Assembly (NCBI GenBank): GCA_054600435.1
Contig: BAAIJX010000008.1
Span: 372,001-436,000 of the forward strand
Origin: Neophaeotheca triangularis
Taxonomy: Eukaryota
Reading direction: 5' to 3'
Length of the DNA: 64,000 bases
This document shows positions 48,795 to 60,579 of the stretch, piece by piece. Numbering within the stretch: position 1 is the first letter of the stretch; every line of letters begins with the position of its first letter. The notes under the pieces are model-generated. The model searched no databases and was not told the origin of the DNA. It worked only from the letters and a program-made list of their open reading frames with translations. The position numbers and the translations under genes are program-made.

Positions 48795-50150
48795 TCACCA
48801 CCTAAAAACAAAACTCCTGTCGTCGTATGAGCTAAAAGCCACGAAGTAGTCAGGTAAGTCTTGAGCTTAGAGTTATCGCTAACCAAGCTCAATATAGATA
48901 TTAGAGAGAAAAGCCGAAGTCTTGAGCTACTCTTGAGCGACCTCGAAGGTGTCCTCTACAGACGAGTTACTCTCTTCCTCTAAGGGGTTTTCCTAGACAG
49001 GAGTGGTAAGTATAGCTAGAGTAGTCGTCTTAGTCTTCTTCGCTAGGGTCTTAGGAGTAGACTTGCTCTTACTCTTACGCTTCTTTAGTAGGGCGGGAGC
49101 GGCTACGGACAACGCGTTGTGAAGTGCTTCGTTAGAGTCGTCCCCGTCTACGTTCTTCTTAGTCTTAGACATGTCTTTAGGGGTACTCTTGTCTTTAATT
49201 GCCTTCTTTACTTTAGTGGCTTCTACTAAATGTAGCTTCTTAGGGGAGCGTTCGTCGCGTTTAGCCTAGTAGTAGCTTAGATAGAGAACGTAGAGGTACT
49301 CCTTTTCGGTAGTGATAAGACTAAGGAGGGTTAGCTCGCCGGTCTTGGTGACAAAACAGGTACGGAGTCTCTTACTAGTCTTCGACATCTTATCGCCTAA
49401 GTATTCGCCTACCTTATATTAAAACTTGATAGTAGTGAGCTTGTCTTTAGAACTAACGACAGCCTCGATAGTCATTGCTTTAGTGGCCAACTTCTTATAG
49501 CCCTCATCTTACCTTACTATAGCTATTAAGACCTCCTTATTAGAAGCGATAACCTTATCGAAGCTCCTATCTTAGCGCTCTCCCTTATACTCGAAATCGC
49601 GGTTAGACTAGTAGGCGAGTTCGTGCTATAGGGTCTTAGAGAAAAGCTTTAGGTTCTTACGGAGGTCTATAACGCTAGGCGATTCTTGTTTAACAGATAG
49701 GGTAGTAGACTTCTAGGTCTTATAGGTAGTCTAAGGGGCCTCCGGGGTAGTAGACTTCTAGGTCTTATAGGTAGTCTAAAGGGTCTCTATAAGAGTGTTG
49801 TACGCGTCTATAGAGTTGTCGGTAACAGCCTAGGCCTTATCGTTACCTTACATTGCTTCATTAGTGGCGATGACCGTCTTATCGGCGTTAGTAGACTTGT
49901 CGGCGGTAGTAGCGGTCGTCTTATCGGTACTAGCGGGTCTAAAGCTTAGGATAAAACCTAGGATCCCCTTAGCATAACTAGGGAAGGAGTTAATAGTAGT
50001 GAAACCAGGTTTCGCGATAGTAGTGAAACTAGCCCTCAAGGCCTAGTGGGTACTTCTAGCGGTCTAGTTCGACTCGCTAGTGTCGGTAGTGAAGGGGACG
50101 AGGCCGATACGCATATTACCGGGGGTCTGATCAGAATTGGTGCTAGATAT
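48795..50150 (-). pseudogene. RIP-inactivated extra ORF (ORF3) of the retrotransposon, unknown function
   Basis: One frame of ~424-451 codons broken only by TAG/TAA stops explicable by RIP; Lys-rich C-terminal part; both ends inferred. Confidence 0.7.
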
Positions 50151-50407
50151 TATGAGGTGAACTGTTGTGGTTAGAGTGGTAATTGATGTGGTGAAAGGTT
50201 GTAACCTATTATAGGTAGTAATTAGTAAGAGAAAGTAGAAAGAAAGTAGAGAGATGAGGTAGTAGTAGTAGGTTGTAGTTAGTAAGTGGTTACGGTCGAA
50301 GAAGCTAAAGATATAGGTACAAAATTAAGGTTTAGGGCAAGTGCGCCGACAGCGCATAACGCGTAAGTCCTAGGTAAGGACCGTAAGTAAGGACTGTAAG
50401 TGAGGAC

Positions 50408-53400
50408 TTAGTGGAGTCCCCTTTTCCCACATATATACTAGAAGGTTTTCACTATATCTTGGGGTAGGGTGTTCTCGCGTTCCTAGGAGTTATAGGCTAC
50501 GTCTTGTCCCTTCTATTAGACGAGAAACTCGAGTATCTCTAGTCTCTTACGTCCAACTTTCCGTATATAGGAGTCTAGTAGTTTCCCGGGCTAGGGCATT
50601 CCCTCTTAGACTTAGAGCTAGGTCTAGGGGGCGCTAGCCTTAATCTTTTCGGTAGGGCGTCTTCGCCTCTTAAAGGGGTCGGTCCCGTCTAGTGCTAGCT
50701 CGAGCTCGGTAATCGAGATCGTAGGGTGTATCTTCTAGTAGGAGGGTAGAGCGATCTCGCATACTAGACTGCTCTTAGTAACGCGTCTTATTTGAAAAGG
50801 CCTAACGCGCTATTAAGACAGCTTTTAGTTCTTAACTCCTAGTATGTTGTAGTGATCTAACTTTAGGTATACCTACTTTCCTATAGCGGGTCTCTAGTTA
50901 GTATACCCTACGTCGAAACGGAGCTTCATCTATACTTATACATAACTAATAGCATCTTGAGCTTCTTGTCATGTGATCTGCCTCGCGTCCATAAGATCGA
51001 GGTCGTTAGGCTTAGGAGACATAAGGTCAGCTGCTTTACGAGGGCGGAAACTGTAGTAGATCTTATTCAGGGTCTTACTAGTCGCTACGGAGGTTGAATT
51101 GTTTAAGACGAATTGGAGCTCGGGTAGGACATATTCCTACTCGAGCTCTCTATCTAGGTACTTGACGAGGTAGTAGCGAAGCGCTACCTCCACTATTTAG
51201 TTACTTCTTTCGGATTAACCGTCGGTCTAGGGGTAGTAGGTAGTAGTCATGAGGAGCTTCACTCTAAGCCTTTAGAAAAGGGTTTGCCACATCTACGAAG
51301 TAAACTTTAGGTCGCGGTCTGAGATGACGTAGGAAGGGATTCCCTAGTCTACCTATAGAAGGGCATCGAGTAGTCTGTAGGCCTATATGTCTACGGCTAA
51401 GTTATCGAAACTAGGGATAAGAAGGACGCGTTTAGAAAACTTGTAAGTAACGGTAAGGATCGAGTTTAGATAGTCACCTATAGAGGGGAGGCCGACGACA
51501 AAATCGATAGTGATCGTATAAAAAGGGAGAGGTAGCGTCTAGAGTAGGTAGCTTGAGCCATATAGCTTATGTCTCTTTATCTAGGTCTTATTGTAGTCGT
51601 CGTAGTGGTTGACGTATCGACGGAGACGGTCTACTAGCTTATAGATATAGTATTTATCGCGAAGTCTCGAATATATCCTCTAGTAGCCGATATGGAATTG
51701 CTCGTCGTAGACGGCTTGAAAAACATCGCCCTAAAGCGTTTTTGGAATGTATAATCGGTAGCCTTTATCTAAAGAGTACTATAAGAGGCCCTCGTCATTA
51801 ATGCTAAAACTTGTAGCACTAGGCTCTACGTCTCGGGCGAGCGTGTAGATGTTGCTAAAGTGCTTATTAAGCTTATATTGTGCGACGAGCTACGTCTTAA
51901 AAGTAGGATCAATTTGCACGAGGGTCGTCGTATACGTCGCGAGCAAGAGTTCTTTAAGGACGTCCTCGTCCTCGTACGTAGCATTGTCGAGTGACGGGAG
52001 TCTTAATAGGGCGTCCGGAACGACGTGTTCCTTTCCGGGGCGGTAAACTACTCTAAGGCTAGAGAACTGTAAGAGGTACTAGGATGAGCGGGTCAATCTG
52101 TTATTTAATTTATCGATAGAGCTCGACGTTAGAGCGGTTTAGGCGACGATCCCCGCCGTCGCGGCGTGATCGGTCAAAATAGTGACTGGCTTTAAACTCG
52201 CCTCGATTATCTATCTGATGCGGCGGACGGTCTAGACGAGATAAGCTACCTCTAGTTCTATGGGCCAGTACCGTTATATAGCTATAGACAACGTCTTTAA
52301 AAGGAAAAGAACTAGCTAGGTCTTTACTCTTAGCGGGTTGTCTGTCTACAGGTCTCCCTAGACGTGGTAAACTATTACCCCAAAACCTTTTTTCTTCGAT
52401 ACGTCGATATAGACGTATAAAGGGCGGTCGCGGTCGTAGTGTATAAGTATCGTAGGTCTTGAGAAAGCGGCCTGGAGAGTGTTAAAGGCTTCTATAAGGT
52501 CTAGCGTCAGGTCAATTTCATGTTAGGAAACAAATGAGGTCCTCGCGTGGCCCGACGCTAGCGCTAGCTTCAAGCTATAGGTCTTACGCTATTAGAGCGG
52601 CTCGGCGAGGTATGCATAGCTGTGGATAAAAGAGCGCAGCTAACTAGTGAGCCTAAGGTAGTGCTCGAGGTCTTTTAAGGTCCGTGGGAACATTAGACTA
52701 CGGATTGCTTCAATCTTTTCTTCCGAAGTGCTTAGACCGAGTACGTCTACTTGTTAGCCTAACAGTTTTATCGAAGGGTAGCCTAGAAAGCACTTCTTCG
52801 GAGAAACCGTGAGGTTATAGGCCTTAAAGGTACGGAAGACCTAGTTTAGATAGACAAGGTGTTCGTCTAAAGTCTTGCTAAAAACTACGGTGTTATCGAT
52901 AAAAGCTTTAGTAAAGCCCTTACAGTTAAACTCGTGAAGGATGGAGTCAATTTTTCGCTGAGTATATAGCGGCGAGGTCTTAAGGCCTATAATGGGGACA
53001 TTAAAAGACTCCTAGCCGTAGTAGGTAACTACCGTAAGTTTATGTCTGTCTTCCTATACGACCTAGAATTAGTAGAAGAAAGAAGTGAGGTCGATTGTTA
53101 AGATGTATGTATAGCCTATACATGTAGAAGTCATGTCTAACTGTAAAGGTAGTGGGTATGTGTCTATAATGATAATAGTATTAAGCGTACGAACATTAAC
53201 CACTATGCGGCCCTTATGGGCGCTGTCGACATATCTAGAAACCACGAAAACTAGGGATGCGAAGGGGGTACCTTCTTACGTCTAGCTTATGCAGTCTTGG
53301 TCATAGAGCTTGTCGAAGGTTGCGTTAATGAGGTCACGGTCCGATAGTCTAGCTCTATACACTTTATGAGCGAGTCTTGCGCTAGACGCGCGCTAATCGC

Positions 53401-54150
53401 TTACTAGTAGTACCTTTATCTAGTTAGCTTCTAGGATGTTAGCCATTTTCCCGTCGTCTTGAAAGAGGGTCGGGTAATTGTTTAGTATAGCCTAGATCCG
53501 GTGCGCCGCGTCTTGCCCTTAGTCGTAGACCGTTATGCTATACGGTCTAACGCGCTCCTGTGTTAGATCCGCGGCGATTGCTTCGAGGCGCTTCTCATGT
53601 TAGACCTCGACTTAGTGTACCCTAGTAGGGTTAAGCTCGATGTAGGTAAGATTTATAGAGAGGACGCGGTGTCTTGGTAGGTAAAGCTTATCGAAAGACG
53701 GCGGCTCCCTTTAAACATGTAGTGGGGTTGAGCTAGTTTTCATATGTAGGAACATGTGCTTAAAGTCTAAGATAAAGTCTTAGTAGTAAAATGTTGCTAT
53801 ATCGATAAGGAGACCAGTATGTAGTTCGTCTATTAGATACGGTTACAATAGGAAACTAGTGTTGTTTTCGCTATAGATAGTGAGGTCTACTACGTTGTAG
53901 TAGACGGTAACCTTTCCTCCCACTCCGCGTACTCGTGCTCTATAGCGATGTCTTAAGACGGGCGCTTTAGGGAAATACCATACTAGTAGATGTTTATCGA
54001 TAAGCGGTATTAGTGTCCCTAAGTCTAGACAGACGCAGATGACGGCGCCCCTAGGTTAGAAGGACGTATTAATGGTAGCATGCTAGAGTAACGCTAGGTC
54101 TAGTAAGGCCTTTTGCTTTTCGGATCTAGTAGCTACTTGCCCCCCGTAGG
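50408..54150 (-). pseudogene. RIP-inactivated pol (protease, RT, RNase H, integrase, chromodomain)
   Basis: PR VCLD(L)GT at ~54020; RT AFID(N)TVVFSKTLDEHL at ~52900; RH PLYVYIDVSKKKGFG and RYWPIELE; IN TITIDFVVGLP and SDRD.KF; GPF-type KLS**RV(R)PF; chromodomain EFLV**KGQD...S*E. Confidence 0.9.
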
Positions 54151-56220
54151 GCCGTGGCCTTACTTGAGGTAGTCATGTAGCTTGTTTCGGGAGGTGAAAA
54201 AAACGTGACATGTCGTGTATATATAGCTGCTCTCTAGGGTATAAGTAAGCTAGATGTTCCTAACGTCTACGTCGACGTTGCCCACGTCGTACTCGTCTAG
54301 GCCTAGCTCTTCTTCTATGTCTTAGTCAACATTGAAAGTGTCCTCGCATTCGTTATCGGCCTCGCTCCCTTTACCTTCCAAGTCGACCTGATTTGCGCGA
54401 ACAGGTTGTCTTTATTAGAAAGGGCGTAGAGGGGTTCTATTACCTTATAGCTACGAGAAGGGCTTACCTAAGTAACGGTTAGGTTCGCGTTCCTTGCCGT
54501 CGGTAATTGCGAGGCGCGTCTTATCGGATTCGAGGCAGTTATTAGCGCGGTAATTTCGGTACCCCTATAGCTACTACGCGAGATACCCTAGCTACTATTA
54601 GGCGTCTTAACGCTAGGTATTGTCAGTTCGACGGCTATAGTTAGTCGTCCGGTTCTACTAGTACTAGTTACTACGCTGCTAATGATTACCTCGATCACGG
54701 TTAGTGGAGCGATTAGGGCCGCCCCGGAGCTAGGTCTTAGCTAGTGACTCCTAGGCGTCTCGGCATTACTCCATGTTCTTCACGAAACCTAGGACGGTGT
54801 CTCCTATTCTAGGAATGGACAATCCTTATTAAAGGATTAGGTCTAGGCCTAAGAAGGCATAGGTCAAATGGATTTGATCCTCGGCTTGTCCCGTGTTACG
54901 ATAGTGTCGCTAGATGTCGTACACGTATTCTGATATCGGGCGCCTATTAGTAGCGTCGCGTAGAGTGTACTTTGCGCGTAAAAGGCGCGCTAGTAACTCT
55001 ACGAGAGGCTTACGGAACTGACTAGTTAGTGTCTTATACTAGTACTTGATGTCGTCATGGCGAAGGCTAGTCTTAGTGACTTCGTCTAAGGCGCTGTTAT
55101 ACTACATTAAGGCAGCACCTTAGAGTAAACTAGGAATGCGGACTTTGACCTTATTAGGTCTATAGTAAGATGACACGTCTTTTAGCTTCTTAACGAACAG
55201 GTTTACGTCGTGGAAAACTACGCTACTACTATTATGAATAAGGTCTTGAGTGCTAAAGGAGTCGTCGAGAGAGGGGTTAAAGAATCCAATTTCGCTATCC
55301 TTAACAAAAGACCTATCTTAGGTAGTGACGGTAGCCGTTATCGCTATAGATACCGCCTACGCTACTGCGTCTTGAGGCGTGTCGTACTAGTCGCGATTCT
55401 AGTCACGGTTTGTATTTGCTGTTACCATGGCGCAGTTCATCATTCCCTCGATAAAATCCATCTAGGCTTATATAAAAGGCGCGACATCGTCAGTACTTTA
55501 GCTACGTCGGTCTACTATCTCTTCAAGGGGCTATTTAGAATAGGGGGCCTATAAGCGGGCTTAGTTAGGGGGCTCCTAAGAGGCCTATAAGTCTTAGGGT
55601 AGTAGAGCGGGAAAGGGTAGGCGAAGCTATAGGAAACTCTAGGGGGTGTCTTGCTTAGCAATGTCCAAGGCGGCGTCCTAGTAAGGGGCTTGAGAGCTTG
55701 TCTCCGAGTCTTATATAGCATGTAACTTGGGGACATAGGCTGTCTTAGAATTAGTAGAGTCCTAGTTAGGGACGTAGGAGTTACTATCCGAGTCTTGGGT
55801 AGGGAAACGGCCTAGGATAGTGTGTTTAGGAAGCTACTAACTAGGTAAAGCAGGTATGGCTTTAGGTGTCTAAGGTAGTTACTACTAGTCTTAGCTAGTG
55901 CCTTCCTAGGCTGTTGTTAACACTATACGAGATATGCTCTAGCGTACTGACCGCAGACTCCTACGCTTAGGTTTAGAGGTTGCCTAGGAGCGGGGGGAGT
56001 CGATAAGTAGGTATGTGTACCTATTAGTGAACTCGCCCTAAACGTAGCGCTTTAAATAGGAGTCGTCGAGCTACTATAGGGGGTAGACTATGTCTTACGG
56101 GATCGGAAAGAGCTCGCGGTATTTCGTACACAGCGCTTTTACCCTCTAGCTAGTGACCTGTCGAGGGTTCGTCTTGATAAAGATGTAGAACTAGTCCGTA
56201 GGGAGGTCTCGGAGGCTTAT
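54120..56220 (-). pseudogene. RIP-inactivated gag
   Basis: Long Gln/Pro-derived frame with EIGFFNP and VVFHDVNLFV, ending in a C2H2-like finger; start inferred at ATA (from ATG) 56220. Confidence 0.75.
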
Positions 56221-56396
56221 GAGCTAAGTTAGGTAGTCATGAGCTAAGTTAGGCAGGTCGTAGTACTATTAAGTAGGGGTGGGTAGGCGTGGTGCGCTAC
56301 AGCAAGATGTTGGGGAGGGCGTAGTAGGTGTCGAAATTAATCGGTTAACCCTAGTAATTCAAGAAGGAATCGGAACACTTAGATCTTAGCTACTAC

Positions 56397-56537
56397 TAAT
56401 ATGAAAGTGTCATGAATGTGTGTCCCATAGAAGATGTCTATAGAAAGCTAGCTAAAGAAAGGTGGTGATGCATGCATGCACGGGCCTAGTGCCACGTCAC
56501 GGTGTCACGTGACGTCCCCTGGCCGCCTTCCGCATCA
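56397..56537 (-). repeat. 5' LTR (141 bp)
   Basis: Two TG>TA differences from the other LTR. On the minus strand it is followed by gTAGTAGC, a possible RIP-altered TGGTAGC iMet-type PBS. Confidence 0.96.
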
Positions 56538-56846
56538 AAAAGAGGGGCGTTTGTTCTTCAGACGTTGCTTGGTTGCCACGGTTTCTTCACGCGCGCTTGT
56601 TCCGCTTGCCCCGATGTGGAGATACCCGCCTCCGCTTTGGGTATTTTGCGACTACATCACTCAAATGCCACGTAAATGTTGCTGCTTCAACGATCCCTCG
56701 GTCCTCTGAGGTCTCGGTAGATCCAGTTCCTGATACCTCGACTGACAAAACACTCCATGGACATATATTATTGAGCTTCTACCTCTCAGCAGATAGCGCT
56801 GTATCCATGCCATTAAGCTTCCTTTGCAAGCTCAACAACAACCGCC

Positions 56847-58212
56847 ATGGACGCGGCAGACAGCATACCTGAATCAATATGGTCGACCATCGATGCAATA
56901 ACTTCCATTCCAATATGGGTATGGGCTGCGGCGGGCGCAGTCGGCCTCATCGGTATATTAGTCCTGGTATTTCCTTCTCCAGCATTTCCTTGCTCGTCAC
57001 CCAATTCACTTTCAAAGCGACGTCCGACGATCGACGCTAACCTCGAACGATGGGATAGGCTTATACTTCGCTCCTACTCTTCGCCCCGTTCCCTAGACCA
57101 GCACGGACAAGCGAGAAACAGTTTGTTACTGTGCTACCCAACGGCTCGGTTTCCAGCCCCGAGTCTTTGCCATGTTGGTACGACAACCATACCGCGCTCC
57201 GAGCCATGGCGAAGCGGAGAGAAATGCCGGCTGGAGAGGTAGACAAGATTGCAGAAGCAGAAGTATTCATGACGCTTGTCGTGCCTGCCTACAACGAAGA
57301 AGAGCGAATGAGCGGGATGCTGGAGGAGGCGGTGGAGTATTTGGAACAGCAGTACGGTCACAATCACCCAAAGAGCCGGGATGTAACCAATGGCTGGCCA
57401 CGGATGAACGGGAAAGAGGAAGATTACCCACTAGGCTGGGAAATTCTGATCGTAGACGATGGGAGCAAGGACAAGACTGTTGAGGTGGCCCTGCACTTTG
57501 CTCGGACGCATCAGCTGGGTCGACCTCCGCCTACGCCGAAAGGACCTTGGAATGGAAAAGCAGTGCCCACGAAGATACAGCCTGGTACGATTAGGGTCAT
57601 CAGTCTTGAGGAGAATCGCGGAAAGGGCGGTGCCGTTGTCCACGGCATGCGGCACGCACGTGGCACGTACGTGGTATTCGCTGACGCAGACGGGGCGAGC
57701 AAGTTTACAGACCTGGGCAGACTTGTTGATGGCTGCGAGAGGGCAAAGGATAGTTTAGGCAGAGCAGTGGGAGTGGGTAGTCGAGCGCACATGGTCGGCA
57801 CTGAAGCTGTCGTGAAGGTAAGTCATCATCCTGGGCCTATTGCTGGTCTGAGCTAACTTTGTTGTAGCGCTCCTTCCTGCGCAACACCCTCATGCATTCG
57901 TTCCACTTGCTCCTCCGACTCCTTACAACCCCGAAGACAGCCGCTATTAAAGACACCCAGTGCGGCTTCAAGCTCTTCTCGCGGCCGTCTCTACCCTTTA
58001 TCGTACCTTACATGCATTGCGAAGGTTGGATTTTCGATGTTGAGATGCTGATGCTGGCCGAGTCGGCGAATGTGCCTATGATTGAGGTAGCCGTGGGTTG
58101 GAAGGAGGTCAAGGGGAGTAAGCTGAATGTGCTGTGGGATAGTTTAGGTATGGCTTGGGGGTTGGCGCTGCTGAGGGTTGGATGGGGGTTGGGATTTTAT
58201 CGGAGAGATTAG
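56847..58212 (+). CDS. ALG5: Dolichyl-phosphate beta-glucosyltransferase, GT2 (exons 56847-56966, 57059-57817, 57868-58212)
   Basis: N-terminal TM helix; VVPAYNEEER, IVDDGSKD, NRGKGGAV, FADADGAS, DTQCGFKLF and WIFDVE. Confidence 0.95.
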
Positions 58213-58969
58213 CCCATGAACGTCGAAAAATGTCGACAACTTGATGATGAGCAAGTTCTGGGATATTTCAAGCCACCTGCCCACGCCCCAAAATATGCAC
58301 CAAATTTGTTGGGCCATGTCCAGGAGCAAGGCGGCTCTTAAGAACGACACGGTCAGGCATGTTTGCAGCATTTCTCGCCCTTCCAGAGGAAACAAGGAAT
58401 ATTGATAGATCCTTCAGACTTTCCCGGTCTCTGGCCAATTTCCGTGTACGCTCTACCACGGGCAGGCATGATTAATCGTAGAGTTTGCTGAACGCTCTCG
58501 GCATCTAGACTCCTGCTTTCCATCACTCGCGTAGCTCGTTGCACCGCGGGTCGTGCGAAGTTTGAGCCGCTACTCGGACGCAGGTTTGAGCATTCGGTTT
58601 GTCTCTTGGGGTGTTTGTTGCGCTTTCAAAAACTGGCGAGTAAAGGCACACTCAATCCCCATGATCGATGGATGTCATGCGTCCTGTTACATGGCACGGC
58701 CCAAATTGATTTTGTTACAATGAATTATGTACCTAACGCTATCGAATACAAGTAGGTTCCATCGTAAAGTAAACTCAAGAACACTTCAGTTTGTCAGCGT
58801 GCAAGGCGTGGCCTGTGTGTCGAAGGGAACATGGAAGGTGCAAGTGAGCTATATCCGCTTCTCGTCGCTTCTCTCGAAGTTGGTACCTAACTTCATCCAC
58901 CTTGCAACAGACAACCTGAAGCCACCTCGTTTTTGCCTGCCCCCGGCAAACGCGCAGCCACCTGCAGCC

Positions 58970-59778
58970 ATGTCTGCGTGGAGGCGCAGAGTAATAGACG
59001 AGTACAACAGCGATCGTTCCAACTCGTGCGGACCGACCAGTTCAAAGCGAAAACCTCCTCCTCCTAGCAGTCCAGAGACTCATCCTCCACTGTGAATGCT
59101 CACCTCTTTACTCTAGCTTGGTTCAAGCTAATATCGGATAGTAATGCGTTCGAAGAGGTCGTCTGGATCGCAGTTGGGGGCGAGTCCGGAGCCTCCGAGG
59201 CAAAGACAATCCCCGTTCACAAAGGCGTGCTCACCTTCTATCCCGGCTACTTCAAGGGCGCCTTGAACGGCGGCTTCGCTGAAGCACAGTCTGACACCAT
59301 CACGCTGAAGACCGAGTCCGCGTCGAGTTTCGCCCACCTTGTACGCTGGATGTACACTAGACAGCTTCCAAACAGAGGAACGATGCAGGAGGGCGACTCG
59401 CTCATCCAGCTCTACATACTCGCTGATAGACGGATGGTTCCACTCTTGATGAACGCTGTCATCGATCAGTTGCGTAACCTCGTCGCGGAAACAGGAACAT
59501 TTCCAACGCACCGCCTGAAGGACATTTACAAGAACACCATCGAGGGCTCGCCTCTCCGCAAATTCACCATCGACATCATTGGCCGTACATCCTACGCCAA
59601 AGACATCCTGTCGGACGATCAGTTGAGCTGGTGGCCCTTAGAAGCAATCGTGGATCTTACTCGGAGTGTGTGGACGGCAACCCCTTGCGCTAGACTGACT
59701 ACTGAGGACCAGATCAAGGGTATGGACACCTGCCATTTCCACACGCACGAGGAGGGCTTCTTCTGCTCGAAGATGTAA
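58970..59778 (+). CDS. BTB/POZ domain protein (exons 58970-59025, 59142-59778)
   Basis: IPVHKGVL....YFKGALNGGFAEA, F..LVRWMYT, LIQLYILADR, IYKNTIEGSPLRKF and CHFHTH; intron GTGCGG..GCTAAT..TAG. Confidence 0.85.
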
Positions 59779-60579
59779 AGGTTATCAGGAACGACTCGGT
59801 TTCGACGATGGGGAGCATGCGAAAGGAACGCGGCGGAGAGGAAAGAGACGATGAACTCGGAGCGTCACCTACCTATTGCCATCGCCAATGGATTTTGAGA
59901 ACATCTCCGAGGGTTCGGGTCTCGGCGACTATCTCACGATGCTCATGAGAGGTAGCTTGTTATAGAGGTAGAGGCAGGTGTATTGTACGTCCATATCAAT
60001 GGATGCTGTGGGAGTTTCTCGCAGGAGGCATTGCTGTTTCGGTGCTAGCGCGATATCAAAGTTCCATCAGACACCTACCTTACTACACACCGCGGGAAAC
60101 CTTCGAGTCAGAAACGTCACGACTGGCATGATCTCTCACCTGATGTAGCATCGACGAGACAACAAGAATTCGTGCCCAACTTTCCGTGATAAAAAGCGTA
60201 ATTCACTGAGATGAAGCTGTAAGTTTGGTCTCGACATTTTATTAGACAATGTGACACCGTAGCATCGCTGTATTTCCATTTCCACGCCATGTTTACTACC
60301 TCCAGCTAGATGTCTGGGCTTCGGATACCCACAATTCAAGCCACTAAACCTCCGAACTTCTACGAGCTCATAGAAACAGATCATCCATTACAGCTTCATC
60401 TGGTCTTCCCGAGATAGCTTGTCGCGTAACCAGCTGAGATCGGATTCTTGCAAGAGCATCCGCATTCAGAGCCATTCGCAGATCGACTTCCCTCACAGAT
60501 TTCCCGACTAGCATCATAGACTCGAGCAACACGCCAGGCATAAAATCACAATGGAGACAGAGCTAGTTCAATAGCAGTA

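Larger units (their letters stand above)
48609..56537 (-). mobile_element. Full-length RIP-mutated Ty3/Gypsy chromodomain LTR retrotransposon
   Basis: Two 141-bp LTRs; 5-bp TSD AAAAG (48604-48608 and 56538-56542); gag-PR-RT-RH-IN-chromodomain order on the minus strand; strong TpA excess and CpA/TpG depletion inside. Confidence 0.96.

Noticed and set aside
51849..55736. Short ORFs inside the retrotransposon
   Set aside because: They are stop-free fragments or antisense shadows of RIPed gag/pol.
216..59778. Ubiquitin-system cluster (ZUP1, F-box-like/TPR, F-box/WD, SUMO-like, BTB)
   Set aside because: These are large, common families and the genes are not adjacent.
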